Source of the DNA: the human T2T-CHM13v2.0 reference genome, Homo sapiens
DNA: 64,000 nt
NCBI RefSeq assembly: GCF_009914755.1
Contig: NC_060942.1
Reading direction: 5' to 3' (one strand)
The notes beneath the pieces are model-generated. The model searched no databases, was not told where the DNA came from, and saw only the letters and a list, made by a program, of their open reading frames with translations. Positions 28,108 to 42,652 of the stretch are shown here, in pieces. The position numbers and the translations under genes were made by a program. Position 1 is the first letter of the stretch; the number at the start of each line of letters is the position of its first letter.

Positions 28108-28394
28108 GAGAATAGTATATGTTAAAGTAGAAGAAGCCAGGAGTCTTCCACTGAGAGCCAACCACCCCTCCGTAAGGGGGCTGCATACAGAAATCTCTGT
28201 GTTGGCAGCATTGCTTGTGGTGGATGCCTCACGTGGCACCTCCGTCCTGCTGTCAAGCTGCTTCCTCACACATCAGAACCCAGAAGGAGCTGGGCCTTTC
28301 CTTGGCCAGACTATCTGAACTCCAGGAGGCCAAGGTACTCCTCTCAGCATTTCAGGGCCCTCCTGCCCATAGTCTAGACTGCCTCTTTGAGTGT

Positions 28395-28530
28395 GATCCC
28401 CGGCAGCCACAGGAGATCCCCAGAAAGTGTGATAGAAACACAGAATTCAGGCCCCGCCACAAACCTACCCAATCAGAACCTGCATATTCCCAAGATCCAG
28501 GGATTCCTGTGCACATTCAGGTTTGCGAAG
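28395..28530. mobile_element. MER5A-like fragment
   Basis: caggccccgccacaaacctacccaatcagaacctgcat...gcacattcaggtttgcgaagca. Confidence 0.6.
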
Positions 28531-28609
28531 CATCCATCCTCCTGCTCAGAAGTGGCGCTATAATTCTCCCAGCTGTCCAGCAGATGAAATCTGTCTTAAG
28601 AAACAGCAA

Positions 28610-29340
<731 letters not shown>

Positions 29341-29903
29341 AATGAAACAACATTACCATTAACATTCCCATTAATGAAACAAGAATATTGTTGTTGCAAA
29401 TAGTTGGGGCAGCGGATATTCTTAAGCATTTTGGGGTATATAAAGTGGTCCCTGAGTTGCTATTGTATAGTTTGCTCTTGCCCAATTTCACATTTCACTG
29501 AGGCAGCCATCCTGCTTTACGGCTGGGCATGACCCAAACTGGTAGGGAAGGAGGCTCTGAGTGTCAGGAGACTCAAGTGGAATGAGGGCTGGGAGTGGTT
29601 AGAGATGCCAGGATCCCTGTGAATTGGTGCACCCCCGCCAGGATTAGCATGCATCTTCTGGCCTGCATCTTCTGGCGCGATCCACCATGGGTCAGCCCTG
29701 GGTTTAGGCAGCTCGGGTTTAAGGAACAAAGTAGAAAGCAATGGAACCTAAGTTGTAATGTAAGAATGAGGGGAAACCACAGATGCAAATATTTTGTGCT
29801 CTAGGAAACCTATTAGGAAATTACCAAATCCTGAAACAATGTAAAATACGGCACACACTCTAAAGAGCAAGTGTCTATAATGATATACACATCTTACACT
29901 TTT

Positions 29904-30475
29904 TGTTTAAATATGAATTTAATTAAACAGAAAATTGTAACTGGCTGTTGAATGATGGGAAATGGCTTCACGTCACAGAACCCACCTCCGGCAACAATAG
30001 CGTATTAGACACCAGTGGAACAACTTGATCCAGTGAGCGAATTCGTGATTTCTGTTTACATCACAGCAGGATGTGTCTAGAAATCCCAGGTTAGGAATGA
30101 CAGTGGGAAGAATTTTGGCTGTGAACAGACTCTTCTCAGCACCAGGTCCTCGACAGCACAACCATGTGCAAATACACAAATATACACATGATGTGAGGTT
30201 GGTAAAAATGCTAAACATGTATATAAAGAATGGACTGTCTTTGAGACCAATCGTTGATTCAATCTCCCCATAAACCTGGTCGCAAATCCTGTTCTGAAAT
30301 CATTTGAGTGAAGACAGCAGGTGATGGGTTTAGAAGCATCTTGGCGCACAGTCGGCTGGGAGTAAGGATTGCCACGCACTCTCTGCAGGCTGTATATTCT
30401 CTCCTGTGTGGCCTCAGATTTTCCCTGGCGAGATTGTGTGCTGCTAGCCAGTGGCCATTAGGTTACCCAGGGACG
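29904..30475 (-). other. ALPK2: ALPK2 3'UTR (end approximate)
   Basis: Unique sequence between the stop codon and an ATTAAA hexamer, followed by a CA at 29905-29904 and downstream GT-rich sequence. Confidence 0.7.
29918..29923 (-). terminator. Probable ALPK2 polyadenylation signal (ATTAAA)
   Basis: Plus-strand tttaat; first AWTAAA-type hexamer I see on minus after the stop; GT-rich tract (gtgtaagatgtgt) downstream. Confidence 0.65.
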
Positions 30476-30692
30476 TTAGGTTTTCTTTTCGCCTGGGGTC
30501 TCAGGCCCTGCCTTCTTTATTGTCATAGAGTTTGTTTGAACTTTGCTTTTCCCAATGCTCGGCTGCTTCTGTTTCTGGTTGTTGTTTTGAAGGGATTTCA
30601 GTCCCAGCATTTTGCAATACTTGTTACACTGGTGTAGTGCTTTAAACTGATCAATGAAGGTCATGGAACAGTTGCCTTTAAATCCCTTGTAC
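30476..30692 (-). CDS. ALPK2: ALPK2 last coding exon: [31 protein letters not shown]...[10 protein letters not shown]
   Basis: Core of ORF 30476..30718; acceptor tttccttccacccaaactcacag|G; zinc-ligand motif HQCNKYC; stop TAA at 30478-30476. Confidence 0.97.
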
Positions 30693-31899
30693 CTGTGAGT
30701 TTGGGTGGAAGGAAACATAGCTTTTAAAAACAGGACACTTTCATCAGTTTAAAAAGAAAAACTTGAAAGGGAAAACTAATGGTGCATGGAACATATATGA
30801 ATTTCTGTTTTAGATAAGAATGGCTGCAGGATAGACACAACTATAAGTGAAGGTAAAAAACAAAGACTGTGGAAATAAGTAAAGGCAAAGATCTGCTGGC
30901 ACATACAGTGATGATCAAAGGTCTTGGAGTATCCAGGGGTCCCAGGTGCTCACGGTTGGAATGTACCAGCATTTTATTGCCCTGTTCCTCATAGCCACAA
31001 TGACCAGTGCTGGGCTATTTTGATAAAACACAGATCTCTTAGTGATCGAAAGCCACTCCATCACACCGAGAAGTTCTCAATAAAGAATTTCAGAACTTTG
31101 GAACTGAAAGAAATTATTTTGTTTAGACCCTTCAATTTACAGTTGAAGAAATTCAGGTTAAGAGGTCATGAGACTACCCCAAGAAAACAACGCAAGTTGA
31201 TGTAAGAGACAAGATTAAAATGAAGCCCTCTGAGTCTTTCTCCTACAGCAGAGCTCACTCCCCTGGCAGCCCGCTTTGTCCCCAGGAGAAGAAGAATTTT
31301 TGTCTCTGGCAGAACCTTTGTCTCCAGTAGGCCCTAAAAGGCTCCATGCTGACTCCTTGGCCAGGAGTAGTCTCAGGGGTTGTTCCTCTTGGTTGGGACA
31401 TTTAAATACTGAAATTATAAATGGCCATGTTTTCATGTCCCAATTATGGTAGGTTAGTGTGCTCCTTGAATGGACAGCTGCCCAGCCCCTAAGTCTCCCC
31501 AGCTATCTGCAGATGAACAAGATCCATCAAAAAATTGGTTGAAGGTGCAGGCTTCCTGGGTTCTGGGCAGAATGTGAAAGGGTAGTAGGCTATTGCAGCT
31601 TGTTTAGTAGCTAGGAAAGTGACCCTGCAGGTCTTCCTGCCAGCCACCAGAAAATCCACAAATCCCATGTACACACTGAATCCAGTCACAGCTCCTCACA
31701 GAGTGTGGAGGAGGCCAGGTGAGCATAGTGCCAGCCACATACCCTCCCCAATAAGTGGCATCTCCTTGAGATGTCCAAGGGTCCTCCTTGTCACCGCAGA
31801 TGAGCTCCTTTGTCAAAGGAATTTGCCTTCAACATGAATCCCATGGGGATAAACACTTTGAAGTAGCACATATGTAAACCTATGAGGTCCACGTTACAT

Positions 31900-32780
<881 letters not shown>

Positions 32781-33162
32781 GATTGAAAAAAGAGTGGGAT
32801 GCTTTTATTTTAGTGGTTGTTCAGAATGCGTTTTCATTTGTCTATTTTTGTGTTGACCTGTATCAGTGCTGTGTTCTTTAAAAATATAGTCACATGGGAG
32901 GAAGGGACAGCAACTTTCCTCCCTCCCTTCTCTAGAGCGCACCTAGCCAAGCACTGTGCTTGAGGCTACGGATTCAACAGAGAACACACAAGACATTGAC
33001 TCATGTTGTCCAGTGAAGAAGACAGATATCAAGTCATTACAGTGAAATATGATGAATACGATGCAGGGGAAGCATTGCCGGCTGGTAAACCTGGACAATA
33101 ATTGGTGGGCTAAGTTTCTGTCAGTTTCCTGATCTCCAAAGTGTGAATAATAATAATGCCCA

Positions 33163-33413
33163 CTGAGGCAGGTGGATCACGAGGTCAAGAGATCGCAACC
33201 ATCCTGGCCAACATGGTAAAACCCCAACTCTTCTAAAAATACAAAAATTAGCTGGGTGTGGTGGCATGCGCCTGTAGTCCCAGCTACTCAGGAGGCTGAG
33301 ACAGGAGAATCATTTGAATCCAGGAGGCAGAGGTTGCAGTGAGACGAGATCGCGCCACTGCACTCCAGTCTGGCGACAGAGCGAGACTTCGTCTCAAAAA
33401 ATAATATAATAAT
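33163..33413 (+). mobile_element. 5'-truncated Alu (AluSc-like) inserted in a MIR (about 33085-33520)
   Basis: TSD aataataataatgccca; MIR core tcagtttcctgatct upstream, tagggttgttgagggg downstream. Confidence 0.9.
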
Positions 33414-33649
33414 AATAATAATAATGCCCATAGGGTTGTTGAGGGGATGAAATGAGAAAATCCATAGAAACCATGTAGCTCAGGGCATAACACAGTAAAG
33501 ATTCAGCTGATGTTGATCGTGTTGTTATAATTATCAACATTACAACTGATGCAACTGATGCGGGCTTCCTGTGGAAGAGACTTTGAAGCTGAGAGTCAAA
33601 GCTGAGGGATTTTCCAGGTAAAGGGTAGGGGCAGAGGGTGCCTGGCATT

Positions 33650-33813
33650 CAGGACCAGTGACATGTAGGGCCCAGTACAAAACGAAAACAGGCTCTTTGT
33701 TCAAAAAGTAGTAAGAATTTCAAGACAACAAGCACAGAGCATTAAACCAAACACAGGGCCCTTCTGAGTGTGAGGTCCTGTGCACAAATTGCACACGCAT
33801 GAAACCAGCCCTG
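33650..33813 (-). mobile_element. MER45A-like DNA transposon
   Basis: cagg...ccctg termini; aagaatttcaagac...cagagcattaaaccaa...gggcccttctgag. Confidence 0.75.
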
Positions 33814-35723
33814 CCCGGTGGGAGAGAGTGCTGGCCGTTGTTGCTTAATAGGGCCAAAGGCAAACTGGCAAAAAGAAGTCTGTAATGCTGGCATGTTGCG
33901 GATTCTGTAGCTGTTATGATTCAAGAAATCAGGCCTCCTTCATTGGCTGGTAGAAACTATAGAGGTCGACACACCTGGACTGAATGGAGAGAGTTTTTTC
34001 CCTGTGCAATCCAAGCTGGGTTTTTTAAGCTCTTAAGGGCGTGAAAGGTTTCCTTCCTCTCGGAAGCTAAAGCGGCAGCCTGCAGCTCCACCCTGCCGTG
34101 ATTGTTATAAATCCAGCTGCCCCTCCTCCTCCTGGCTGGGGGACTGCTCTGCCCCTGGGAGCCCACAGTCCATGGCCTTGGGAAAAATGACTTGGTTTCT
34201 AAAAGCCAAGCTTTCTCGTTGAAGAAAAGGTCAACCAAAGAAAGGAGTTGAATCTGGCAGAGTGGGAAATCGTCTACTGCTAATGGTATCATTTTTACAT
34301 CTCTATCTTCCTCTGCAGGAGCTCCCTGAAAGGCTGAAATGTCAGCTTGTCAGTGTTTCCTGTATGCCTGAGCGCTCTCTCCCTGGTGAGACGCAGGGCC
34401 TGCTCCGTCAGGATGGATGGTTTAATCCCACCTGCCACTGGGGGGGGACCCCGGTTGCTTCACACCAACTCCTGAGCTCCTCAAATGGGGAGTGTCACGA
34501 GTGGGCAGGGGCAGCTTCCCTGTCTGAGCACATTGGAAACAAGTCCCGGTCATTTGCATCAGGACTGCCTCGAGGCTTTTCAAATTCAGACAACATCTGG
34601 TCTCTGCAGAGAAAAATAACTAATTCACACTGTGACCTCCCAGAAAGATCACCACTTCGTCCTGAAGCACTCCCTTGCCGGCAGGTGTTAATGCCAGGTA
34701 AAAAGAGAGCCCCTGTCTAATAGTCTCCACCTCTGGAATGGAAAAAGCTGAGCTGGGTCAAAGGAGCGTGACTTCTGGGCAGCCCCTGGGTAGACTTCTT
34801 TCAGGAATCTGCCTCCTTCTCCACCTCCACTTAACCTCTTTCTTTAGACCCTCGCAGAAAGCTGGAGTCAGGCAGCAGAGGCTAAGATGGCTGTGCCTGG
34901 GCTTGGTGAGGCCAGAGAGCAAAGGCATCTCTGCACCATCTCAGAGACCCTTTCTCAGCCCTTAGCTACCTTCGAGCCCCAGCTCCAGTGGGCTCTCTCC
35001 GCACCATGAGAGGACATCTCTCCAACCTCCTCCCTGCATCTTCTTGAGAACTAGACACCCCTCTCAGAGTTAGGGGTGTATGCGCCCCATCTTCTCTGCA
35101 CAGATTATGATCTCTCTCAGGACACTGCTTTATGCCCAGAACGCCTGTCCAGGGGAGGCTTTTCTATAAATGTTGAAAGAACAAAATGAATGGGGCCCAG
35201 CTCCATGCTCAGCACTACCTTGTCTCCACGCCACATTTCTGAACATCTCTTTCTCTAATTTTCGACCCTCAACTTGGCCTGTCAGACAGTGTTGAACTTC
35301 CCTTTCCCTGTCTTTCTCAGGTGCAGACTTTTCTTTGCTACCTAGCATTTACAGAAATTACAAATCTTCCTCCTTTCTCAATTTGGCCTCTGTCTCAGCC
35401 AGGATGTTGGGCTGCTGCTTTGACCCGTTCTCACAAACTGACAGCCATCACCAAGGCCATTGCCCTTGCCCAAGAAGAAAAATAGGGCAACATCCTTTGT
35501 GTTCTTAGATTGATTATCCCAGATTCATTCAAAGGACATGAATTCAATAACATCAAGCTCTCCTCTACCCAAGCAATGGGAAGTGCAGGTTTCCCTGCTA
35601 GTGACCCACCTTACATGCGACATGTGCCACCCGCTGCCTTGAGGGTTGAATCTGGAGCTGTAGGCCATCTCTCCAACAGGATCACCATTGCAGAAACTCG
35701 CTATCCTTTTCATGTTGGATAGA

Positions 35724-36183
35724 TATAGGGGGTTGAGTAGCATCCTTGCCCACCCCATCCCCAAAGTCACGTCCTTCCCAGAACCTCAGAATGTGACCTT
35801 ATTTGGAAATCACATCATTACAGATGGAATTTCTTAAATAAGGTCACACTGGAGCAGGGGAGGCCCTCAATCCACTGTTACTGGTGTCTCATAAGAAGAT
35901 GACAAAAGACAGAGACACACAGGGGGAATATCATGTGATGTTGGAGACATAAGTTAAAGAGATGCGTCTATCAGTCAAGGAACTCCAAGGATTGCCAGCA
36001 AACCCGGAAGCCAGAGGAGAGGCATGGAACAGACCCTCCCTCAGAGCCTGCAGAAGGAGCCAACCCTGCCAACCCCTTGATTTCAGTCTTCCAGCCCCCA
36101 GAACTGTGAGACAATCAATTTCTATCACTGTGAGGCTCTTGGTTTGTGGTCATTTGTTATGGCAGCCCTAGGAATCTAACATA
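35724..36183 (+). mobile_element. MLT1C-type solo LTR
   Basis: gaatgtgaccttatttggaaat; ccagaactgtgagacaat; tttgttatggcagccctaggaa. Confidence 0.85.
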
Positions 36184-36392
36184 ATGGAATAAAGAATCTT
36201 GTATTTGAGATCTTTTTCAAATATTTTCATTTTTAAAAATCTTAACTCTATAGAATTTTACTAAATGGGTCTTTTTGTCCTTAACCTCTAATTAGTATAA
36301 TTTTTTAGCCTATCTCTTTATGTGAATCTATCCATCCTCTCTCACAATGTCCAGAATTGGAACACTAAATGTACTCCACTGAACAGCATTCA

Positions 36393-36536
36393 GACCAGGC
36401 ACACTGGCTCACGCCTGTAATCCCAGCACTTTGGGAGGCTGAAACAGGAGGTTAGCTGGAGCCCAGGAATACAAGACCAGCCTGGGCAACATAACGAGAC
36501 CCTATCTCTACAAAACAAAAACAAAAACAAAAAATA
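36393..36536 (+). mobile_element. Free left Alu monomer (FLAM-like)
   Basis: Single arm + (CAAAAA)n tail; TSD tgaacagcattca / tgaatagcattca. Confidence 0.88.
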
Positions 36537-36589
36537 TGAATAGCATTCAATATATAGTCTTTTCTCAACTATATTCCCCCTGGATGAGA

Positions 36590-36740
36590 GTGGTCCCTGC
36601 GAATGACCTCGAGACCCTGTTAAAATGCTGATTTGGATTCAGTAGGTCTGGAGTGGGGGTGGAATTTTCTGCATTTCTACCAGGCTCTGGGGGGTATTGA
36701 TGTCACTGGTCCAGGGACCCCCTCTCCTTTGAGCAACAAG
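36590..36740. mobile_element. MER5-like fragment
   Basis: gattcagtaggtctggagtgg...ctgcatttcta...tggtccagggacc. Confidence 0.6.
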
Positions 36741-38052
36741 GAGATAAACTACTCAAAAGTGGTGATCTACACTCATCTCTATTTGACTTTGGAAATGCCT
36801 TTATATTTAAACTGGAACACAAGTATATCTTATGTTTATGAAGTTAGAGGCAAACAATCTAATAAAGTCACACTGAAACATCCCACCTGGAGAGGAGCTA
36901 TGGAGGCTGTTTCCACAGTCCTGCCCTCACTCAACAAAGATTTATTCAAGATTTGCTATGTGTTAGAAACTGTGCCAGGCTGATGTCTTGCTTAAGAACG
37001 ATTCCTCTCTCCTCTCATCCTAATAATGAATGGCATAGCCTTTCAGACTCACACAGAAATCACCAACTGATAGCAGCAGGGTGACTGCTTTCTCTCTGGG
37101 ATCCGCTCACAACCGTGCTGGACAATGTATTGGCTCCAAACACACCTGGAGAGCAGGGGTGGAGGAAAGTCACAGAAATTTCCAGCCCCGGCTGAGTTAG
37201 AGAAACCAAGGTTCTTGGCTGGCTTAATAAAGGAAATGGAGACAGGCAAGGCAAACCCACTGAAAAGTTTTCCTGCACTTTGGTAACCCATTAGATGCCA
37301 ACCAGAAGCTACATTGAACAGCTTGAGCTTGAGATCCTTTCTGAAGAAGTTTTAACGCATAGGGAAAGGCTACAAGGACAAGGAATTCGAGGTCAGGATG
37401 GGGGTGAAGAATTGAAACAAAGCCATGGTCTGGTGTGTGATGTGTGTGTGTAAAATAAAGCCAGGCTGGACTTAGGCTCCGGTAGAACGGATTGTCACCT
37501 GCATGGAAAGGGAGGGACATGGGGAGCCTTCCACCTGGAAACAGCAAGAGATTCCCGGAGTGCCACTCATACCCTTCATTTTTCATGTGTACTCATTGAT
37601 TTCTTCATTGATCAGGTATCAGCTGTGTGCCAGACACTGTAGGGGAACTAAAAGGAATTAATTAATAAGCGGAGCGGCACTTTCCCAAAAGCGGCCATCT
37701 TGGAGCAAGCTGTCACATCTCAGCGGGAGGAAGTTCTGTGGAAACGCGGAGGGTGCCATTTTCACACTGCCGAGCAGATTCCTACAAGAGTTCCTACAGG
37801 AAAGATGGTTTGGGGTTTATCTGGCAGAGGGAACAACATGGTAAGGTTCAGAGGCACGTTGTGAGCCAGAGCAGGTGTTCTGAGGGGAGATGCCGTCGGA
37901 GGATGTGTGAAAATGTTTCAAAGCCATGCCGTGCCATTTCTCCTGTGGCATGCTGGTTTCCAAAATACGTTCTCATGAGCAACAGTCCCACAAGAGTCTT
38001 TGAAATTCTGTGATGTAAATGCTGTGAGAAATGCTATCTGATATCTCTCCTA

Positions 38053-38360
38053 GGCTTGGTATGGTAGGTAGCTCACGCCTGTAATCCCAGCACTTTGAGA
38101 GTCCAGGGTGAGAGGACTGCTTGAACCCAGCAGTTTGAGACTAGCCTGGGCAACATAGTGAGACCCCACCCCTACAAAAAAAAATTAAAAATAGCTGGGT
38201 GTGGTGGTGCATGCCTGTAGTTCCAGTTTCTTGGGAGGCTGAGGCAGGAGGATTACATGAGCCCAGGAGTTCGAGGCAGCAGTGAGCCATGATCAGGACT
38301 CTACATTCCAGCCTGGACAACAGAGAAAGGCCCTATCTCAAAACAATCATAATAATAATA
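38053..38360 (+). mobile_element. Alu (AluJ-like)
   Basis: TSD atatctctcct / atatctttcct. Confidence 0.93.
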
Positions 38361-38443
38361 ATATCTTTCCTTGTCCCTAGGACATTCAAAATACACATCA
38401 GCTCTTTAAAGACCATATGAAGTCTCACACTAAAGAAGTCTCC

Positions 38444-38744
38444 TGGCCGGGCATGGTGGCTTATGTCTGTAATCCCAGCACTTTGGGAGCTGTAATCCCA
38501 GCACTTTGGGAGGCCGAGGCTGGTGGATCATGAGGTCAGGATATTGAGACCATCCTGGCCCCGTCTCTACTAAAAATACAAAAATTAGCTGGGTGTGGTA
38601 CCGTGTGCCTGTAGTCTTAGCTACTCAGGAGGCTGAGGCAGGAGAATCGCTTGAATGAGGTTGCAGTGAGCCAGGATTGTGCCACTGCACTCCACCCTTG
38701 GTGACAGAGTGAGAGTCCGTCTCAAAAAAAAAAGAAAGAAAAAA
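38444..38744 (+). mobile_element. Alu (AluS-like) with 23-bp tandem duplication and two small deletions
   Basis: ctgtaatcccagcactttgggag at 38467-38489 and 38490-38512. Confidence 0.92.
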
Positions 38745-39760
38745 AGAAACTTCCTAAACTTATTCAACCTAGGGTTTCCCAAAATTACTTGACAACAGAA
38801 ATCTTGTTTCACATAATTACTTTGAAAAGCACTTTTAAAAATTCATGGAGCTTTTGAGGGCGGGGACGTGGTAGTGTAACCAGATCTGTGTTTTCTAGAG
38901 AAGTTGTCCCCCTTGAGGATGTCTACAAGGTGACCTTCTCTTGGGGCAGGTAACCTTCAGCAACTTATCTGAACAAATGCCATCTGAGCCACCACTGCCC
39001 CTCCCTGGGCCAGTCAGGGGAGCCTCCAGGCAATTCGCCCCTGCTTTCCGCCTGGTCCAGGTGGTGCAGGTCAGATCTTGTCATGGCCAAGCAACTGCTT
39101 GGATGGCCCCATCTCCCTCTGAACAAAGTCCAGCCCCTCCCCTTGGTTCCTGGCACTCTCTGCCTTTCTTGCCCAGTGCTATGGCCCCTCCCTCAGGCCT
39201 CAGTTGAAGCCACAGTCCCAGCTACCCCCAACAGAAACCAAGCCCTGGCTCTATGTTCCCTCATAGCCTCCCTGGCTGGAGAAAAAAAAAAAAGAATACA
39301 AAAAGTTCCCTCTTTCTGCAGAAAAATGTGAGAGGAGGGCAGAGGTGCCCCACCTTCAATGAGTCTGGTCTCTGCGTCTGCTGGCAACATATTCTAGAAT
39401 CCCTGTACATTTGCACAGTTTCTACTCTCATTGCTTTTGATGGCACCCTCAACCAGGAGGTTCTGTGAGACAGGAGTCCCGAAGAAGAGAGCTCAGAGAA
39501 GAGCCCAGGGGAGGGGGAGAAGCACTCATCTACTATGGGTCCGTTTTTGAGGTCGCATGAGTCCCATCCCCATGAATATGCAGGAAGCACACAGTCCATT
39601 CGTTAGTATCTGAAATGGAAACGAATTGAAGACAAAGAACCGAGGAGGGGGCGTTGTAGGTAGACACCCACCAGATAAGCAGCCTGAGATTCGCCCACTG
39701 TCCTAAGCCCCAGAGCTCTGATCCCCAAAGAGCTGTGCTGGTTTTATCTGCAAATGGGAG

Positions 39761-40471
39761 TGAAACCACCTTTGCAGAAATTATAACTGAGAAAATTGTG
39801 ACAGTGAAAGAGATCTGACTGAACTGACTCCGTCTTGCTTCTCACCTCCAAGCTCTCCTTGTTCTTTCCTGGGCAGAGGCCAAACTAACTTGGGGAGGAA
39901 CTTAGTTTATAGTTTGACTTTGAAACAAAGACGGTAACAGCCCTTTCCCAAAACAAACTCCCTTCTTGCCTGGGAACTAGACTGCCTTTGCAGGACTAAC
40001 AAATTAGCCAAAAGATTAGAAATTATGGTTTAGGAGTCATGCAGCTGGAGGCTACAAGGTTCTAAACTTCCCCAGTTTCTCCTAGGGATGACATCACAAT
40101 TGTAAAACCTAAGCCTGGTGCTTGAGATGTTTTTCAGACCCTGCCCTCGATGGATCAACTGGCGCCTCCCAGATCAATAAACTGGCTCATTTAGTCTTGT
40201 GGCCCCCACCCAGGAACTGACTCAGCACAAGAGGACAGCTTTGACTCCCTACGATTTCGTCTCCCACCTGACCAATCAGCACTACCCCCACTTCCTGACC
40301 CCCAATCCCCAAATTTTCAGGGAGACTGATTTGAGTAGTAATAAAACTTCAGTCTTCCATACAGCTGGCCCTATGTGAATTAAACTCTTTCTCTGTTGCA
40401 GTTCCCATCTTGATAAATCGGCCATGTCCTGTCTAGGCATACAGGCAAGGAGAACTTGTGGGGGGGTTACA
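39761..40471 (+). mobile_element. LTR8/LTR8A-type (ERV1) solo LTR
   Basis: tgaaaccacctttgca ... ggggttaca; perfect TSD ggag. Confidence 0.9.
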
Positions 40472-40797
40472 GGAGCCTCTGCAGGGCCACAGGGCAGGTA
40501 ATTGAGGTGAGGGAGAAGCGCGTCAGCATTCCCACTAGGTACAGGCTTTTTGAGAATTCACCATTCAGAGGAGCAGCTGGGCTGACGCCCTGGGTGGCAG
40601 TGAGGGTGGATAGAGGCAAAGCCACATTTCCAGTGTGCTCCAAGTTGCACAGCGAGGGCTGCAGGGCCTTCCGTATTGACAAACTCTGAATCCTCACGAG
40701 GGGTGCTCACCACTCTGGAACATCACTCCGCCGTTAGTCCCTCATTGTTTTCCCACAGGCTCCTTCCCCTCTGCCTTCAAACAGGCAAGGTCTCTTT

Positions 40798-40960
40798 AGA
40801 CACACACACACACACAACACACAGAGGCAGACACAAAAAGACACAGACACAGATATACACACAGACACACATGCACACACATACACAGGGACACAGACAC
40901 AGAAACAAAGACAAAGACACGCACACAGACATATATACGCGCACACACACACGCACACAT
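40798..40960. repeat. Degenerate (CA)n tract
   Basis: Direct reading. Confidence 0.9.
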
Positions 40961-42625
40961 TCCCCACACCTCCTTTTCTGGCTACCTTCTAGACTTTTCC
41001 TTGTCTTTAGTCGACAAACTTGTTTAGTTGCTGGCATCTTGGCAGCACATTCCCTCTCTGATCTGTCATGAGGCTCCCACCTGGTGACACTACATTGGCT
41101 TAGACCTTCCTGAAGGCAGTGATAACCTTTTTCTTGTCTATTCTGGTCTTCACCCCATGCTGTCCACTCAGGCTCTGTCACCCCAACCCTCTCAGCCATC
41201 CCTGTACCTGCCTCGTGCTTCTGTCTCCTACTGGCCACCAGTCTGTCCTGCAGGGGTGATCTCGAATCTACCAGACTTCTCTAGACGTTCTCTCTGTTCA
41301 GATTCATCTCTGAAGCTGGATGACAAGCGATGCAGCACCTGTCCCTGAGTCCTCAGGTCCTGGGGAATGGACTGGGCAGAGGGACAACTAGGGAATAGGG
41401 TCAGGAGTGGGAGGAACCCATGGATCCCAATTCCAGACATTTCAACAGAACTGTCCTTTGTAAGACTTCTGGGTAGAGGCCAGGATACTGCTGTGCTAGT
41501 CCCTCCATGGAGGGGGCATGTCCTGGCTGGCTCTGTTGGGCCTGGGAGACTCCCCCATACACTGAGAGCACTGCTATAGTAGGGTCTGCCTTGCCAAAAA
41601 CTGCGAAAATCACCACTGTTCCCTTCAGACTTCCCTCCAGCCTCCAAACTTCCTTAATGGCAAAGACTGGCCACATAAATCAGCCAGCGGGCCAGCCAGC
41701 CCTACTACAGAATGGGCTGACCAGATGAAGATGGGATGCAGGTGGCCTTCCAGGACAGATGACCCTGTGGCAGGCGGGGACAGGAGCTATCTGGGGCATA
41801 AAATTGCCTTTCTCAAGCTGACAGGCCTGTGAGATTGGTCCGCTGATGCCTGGCATTGGGGACTCAGCTGAAATGTTTGGTGTTCTATAGTGACATGGCC
41901 CTGCTATGAGACACTTTAAAGGCATCAGGAATTCTGTTCCAATGTCCCTTTGTTTCCTCTCCTGGCAGACTCATGCATTGCTTTAAATAGTCTGCCTGGA
42001 GTCACCACTCATGCACATAAGCCTATTCTCGGGGCGTGTTTCTTCGGATTAGATTGTTTCTTCCCACCTCCAAGTTTCTTTTGGCCCTTCCTCTCCAGGT
42101 ACAGTGGTGGCTCGGCCTTGTGACTGGGCAAAGCATCCCAGGTGGCTGCCGTCCCCTCCATCTGCTTGTGGGCATTGAAGGCAGAGCCTTTCTTTTGGAA
42201 CTCAGCTTGGCCGAGTGTGGGAGTCTATTTTGATCTTTTCTCCTGTTCATGGCCAGGACCAGAGCTAGGCACGCAGACCCCAATGGAGCCTGCTTTCTCA
42301 AGGCAACTGTCCTCCTGCTACATGAATGAATCATCCAGGCTTCTGTCCAGGGTCTCGGGAATTTGGCTTCCATGTCAGGGACGCTTGACACAAGCCACAC
42401 ATCCTTAAGCCTCGTCGTTCCTTCCTCCGAGGGTAGAAAGATGCAAGGCTGGCTGGCAGCCACTGCGAGGGGTGTCCTTTACGGCTGTCCATATTAATCT
42501 TATTTTGGTCTAATGCTTACTGCCAGGGAAGAAATCTGCTAATGGTACTTTTCTTTGTTTTATTTCAATCTGGCAACAGGAAATTGGCTTTTTAGGGGAG
42601 ACTACAAAGGGCAAAGTATTGGTTC

Positions 42626-42652
42626 TGGTGCCCTCTGGTGGTTGAACTGCAA
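42626..42652 (-). promoter_or_regulatory. Candidate CTCF site
   Basis: Minus strand ttgcagttcaaCCACCAGAGGGCACca: near-consensus core with upstream TGCAG module, in unique DNA. Confidence 0.55.
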
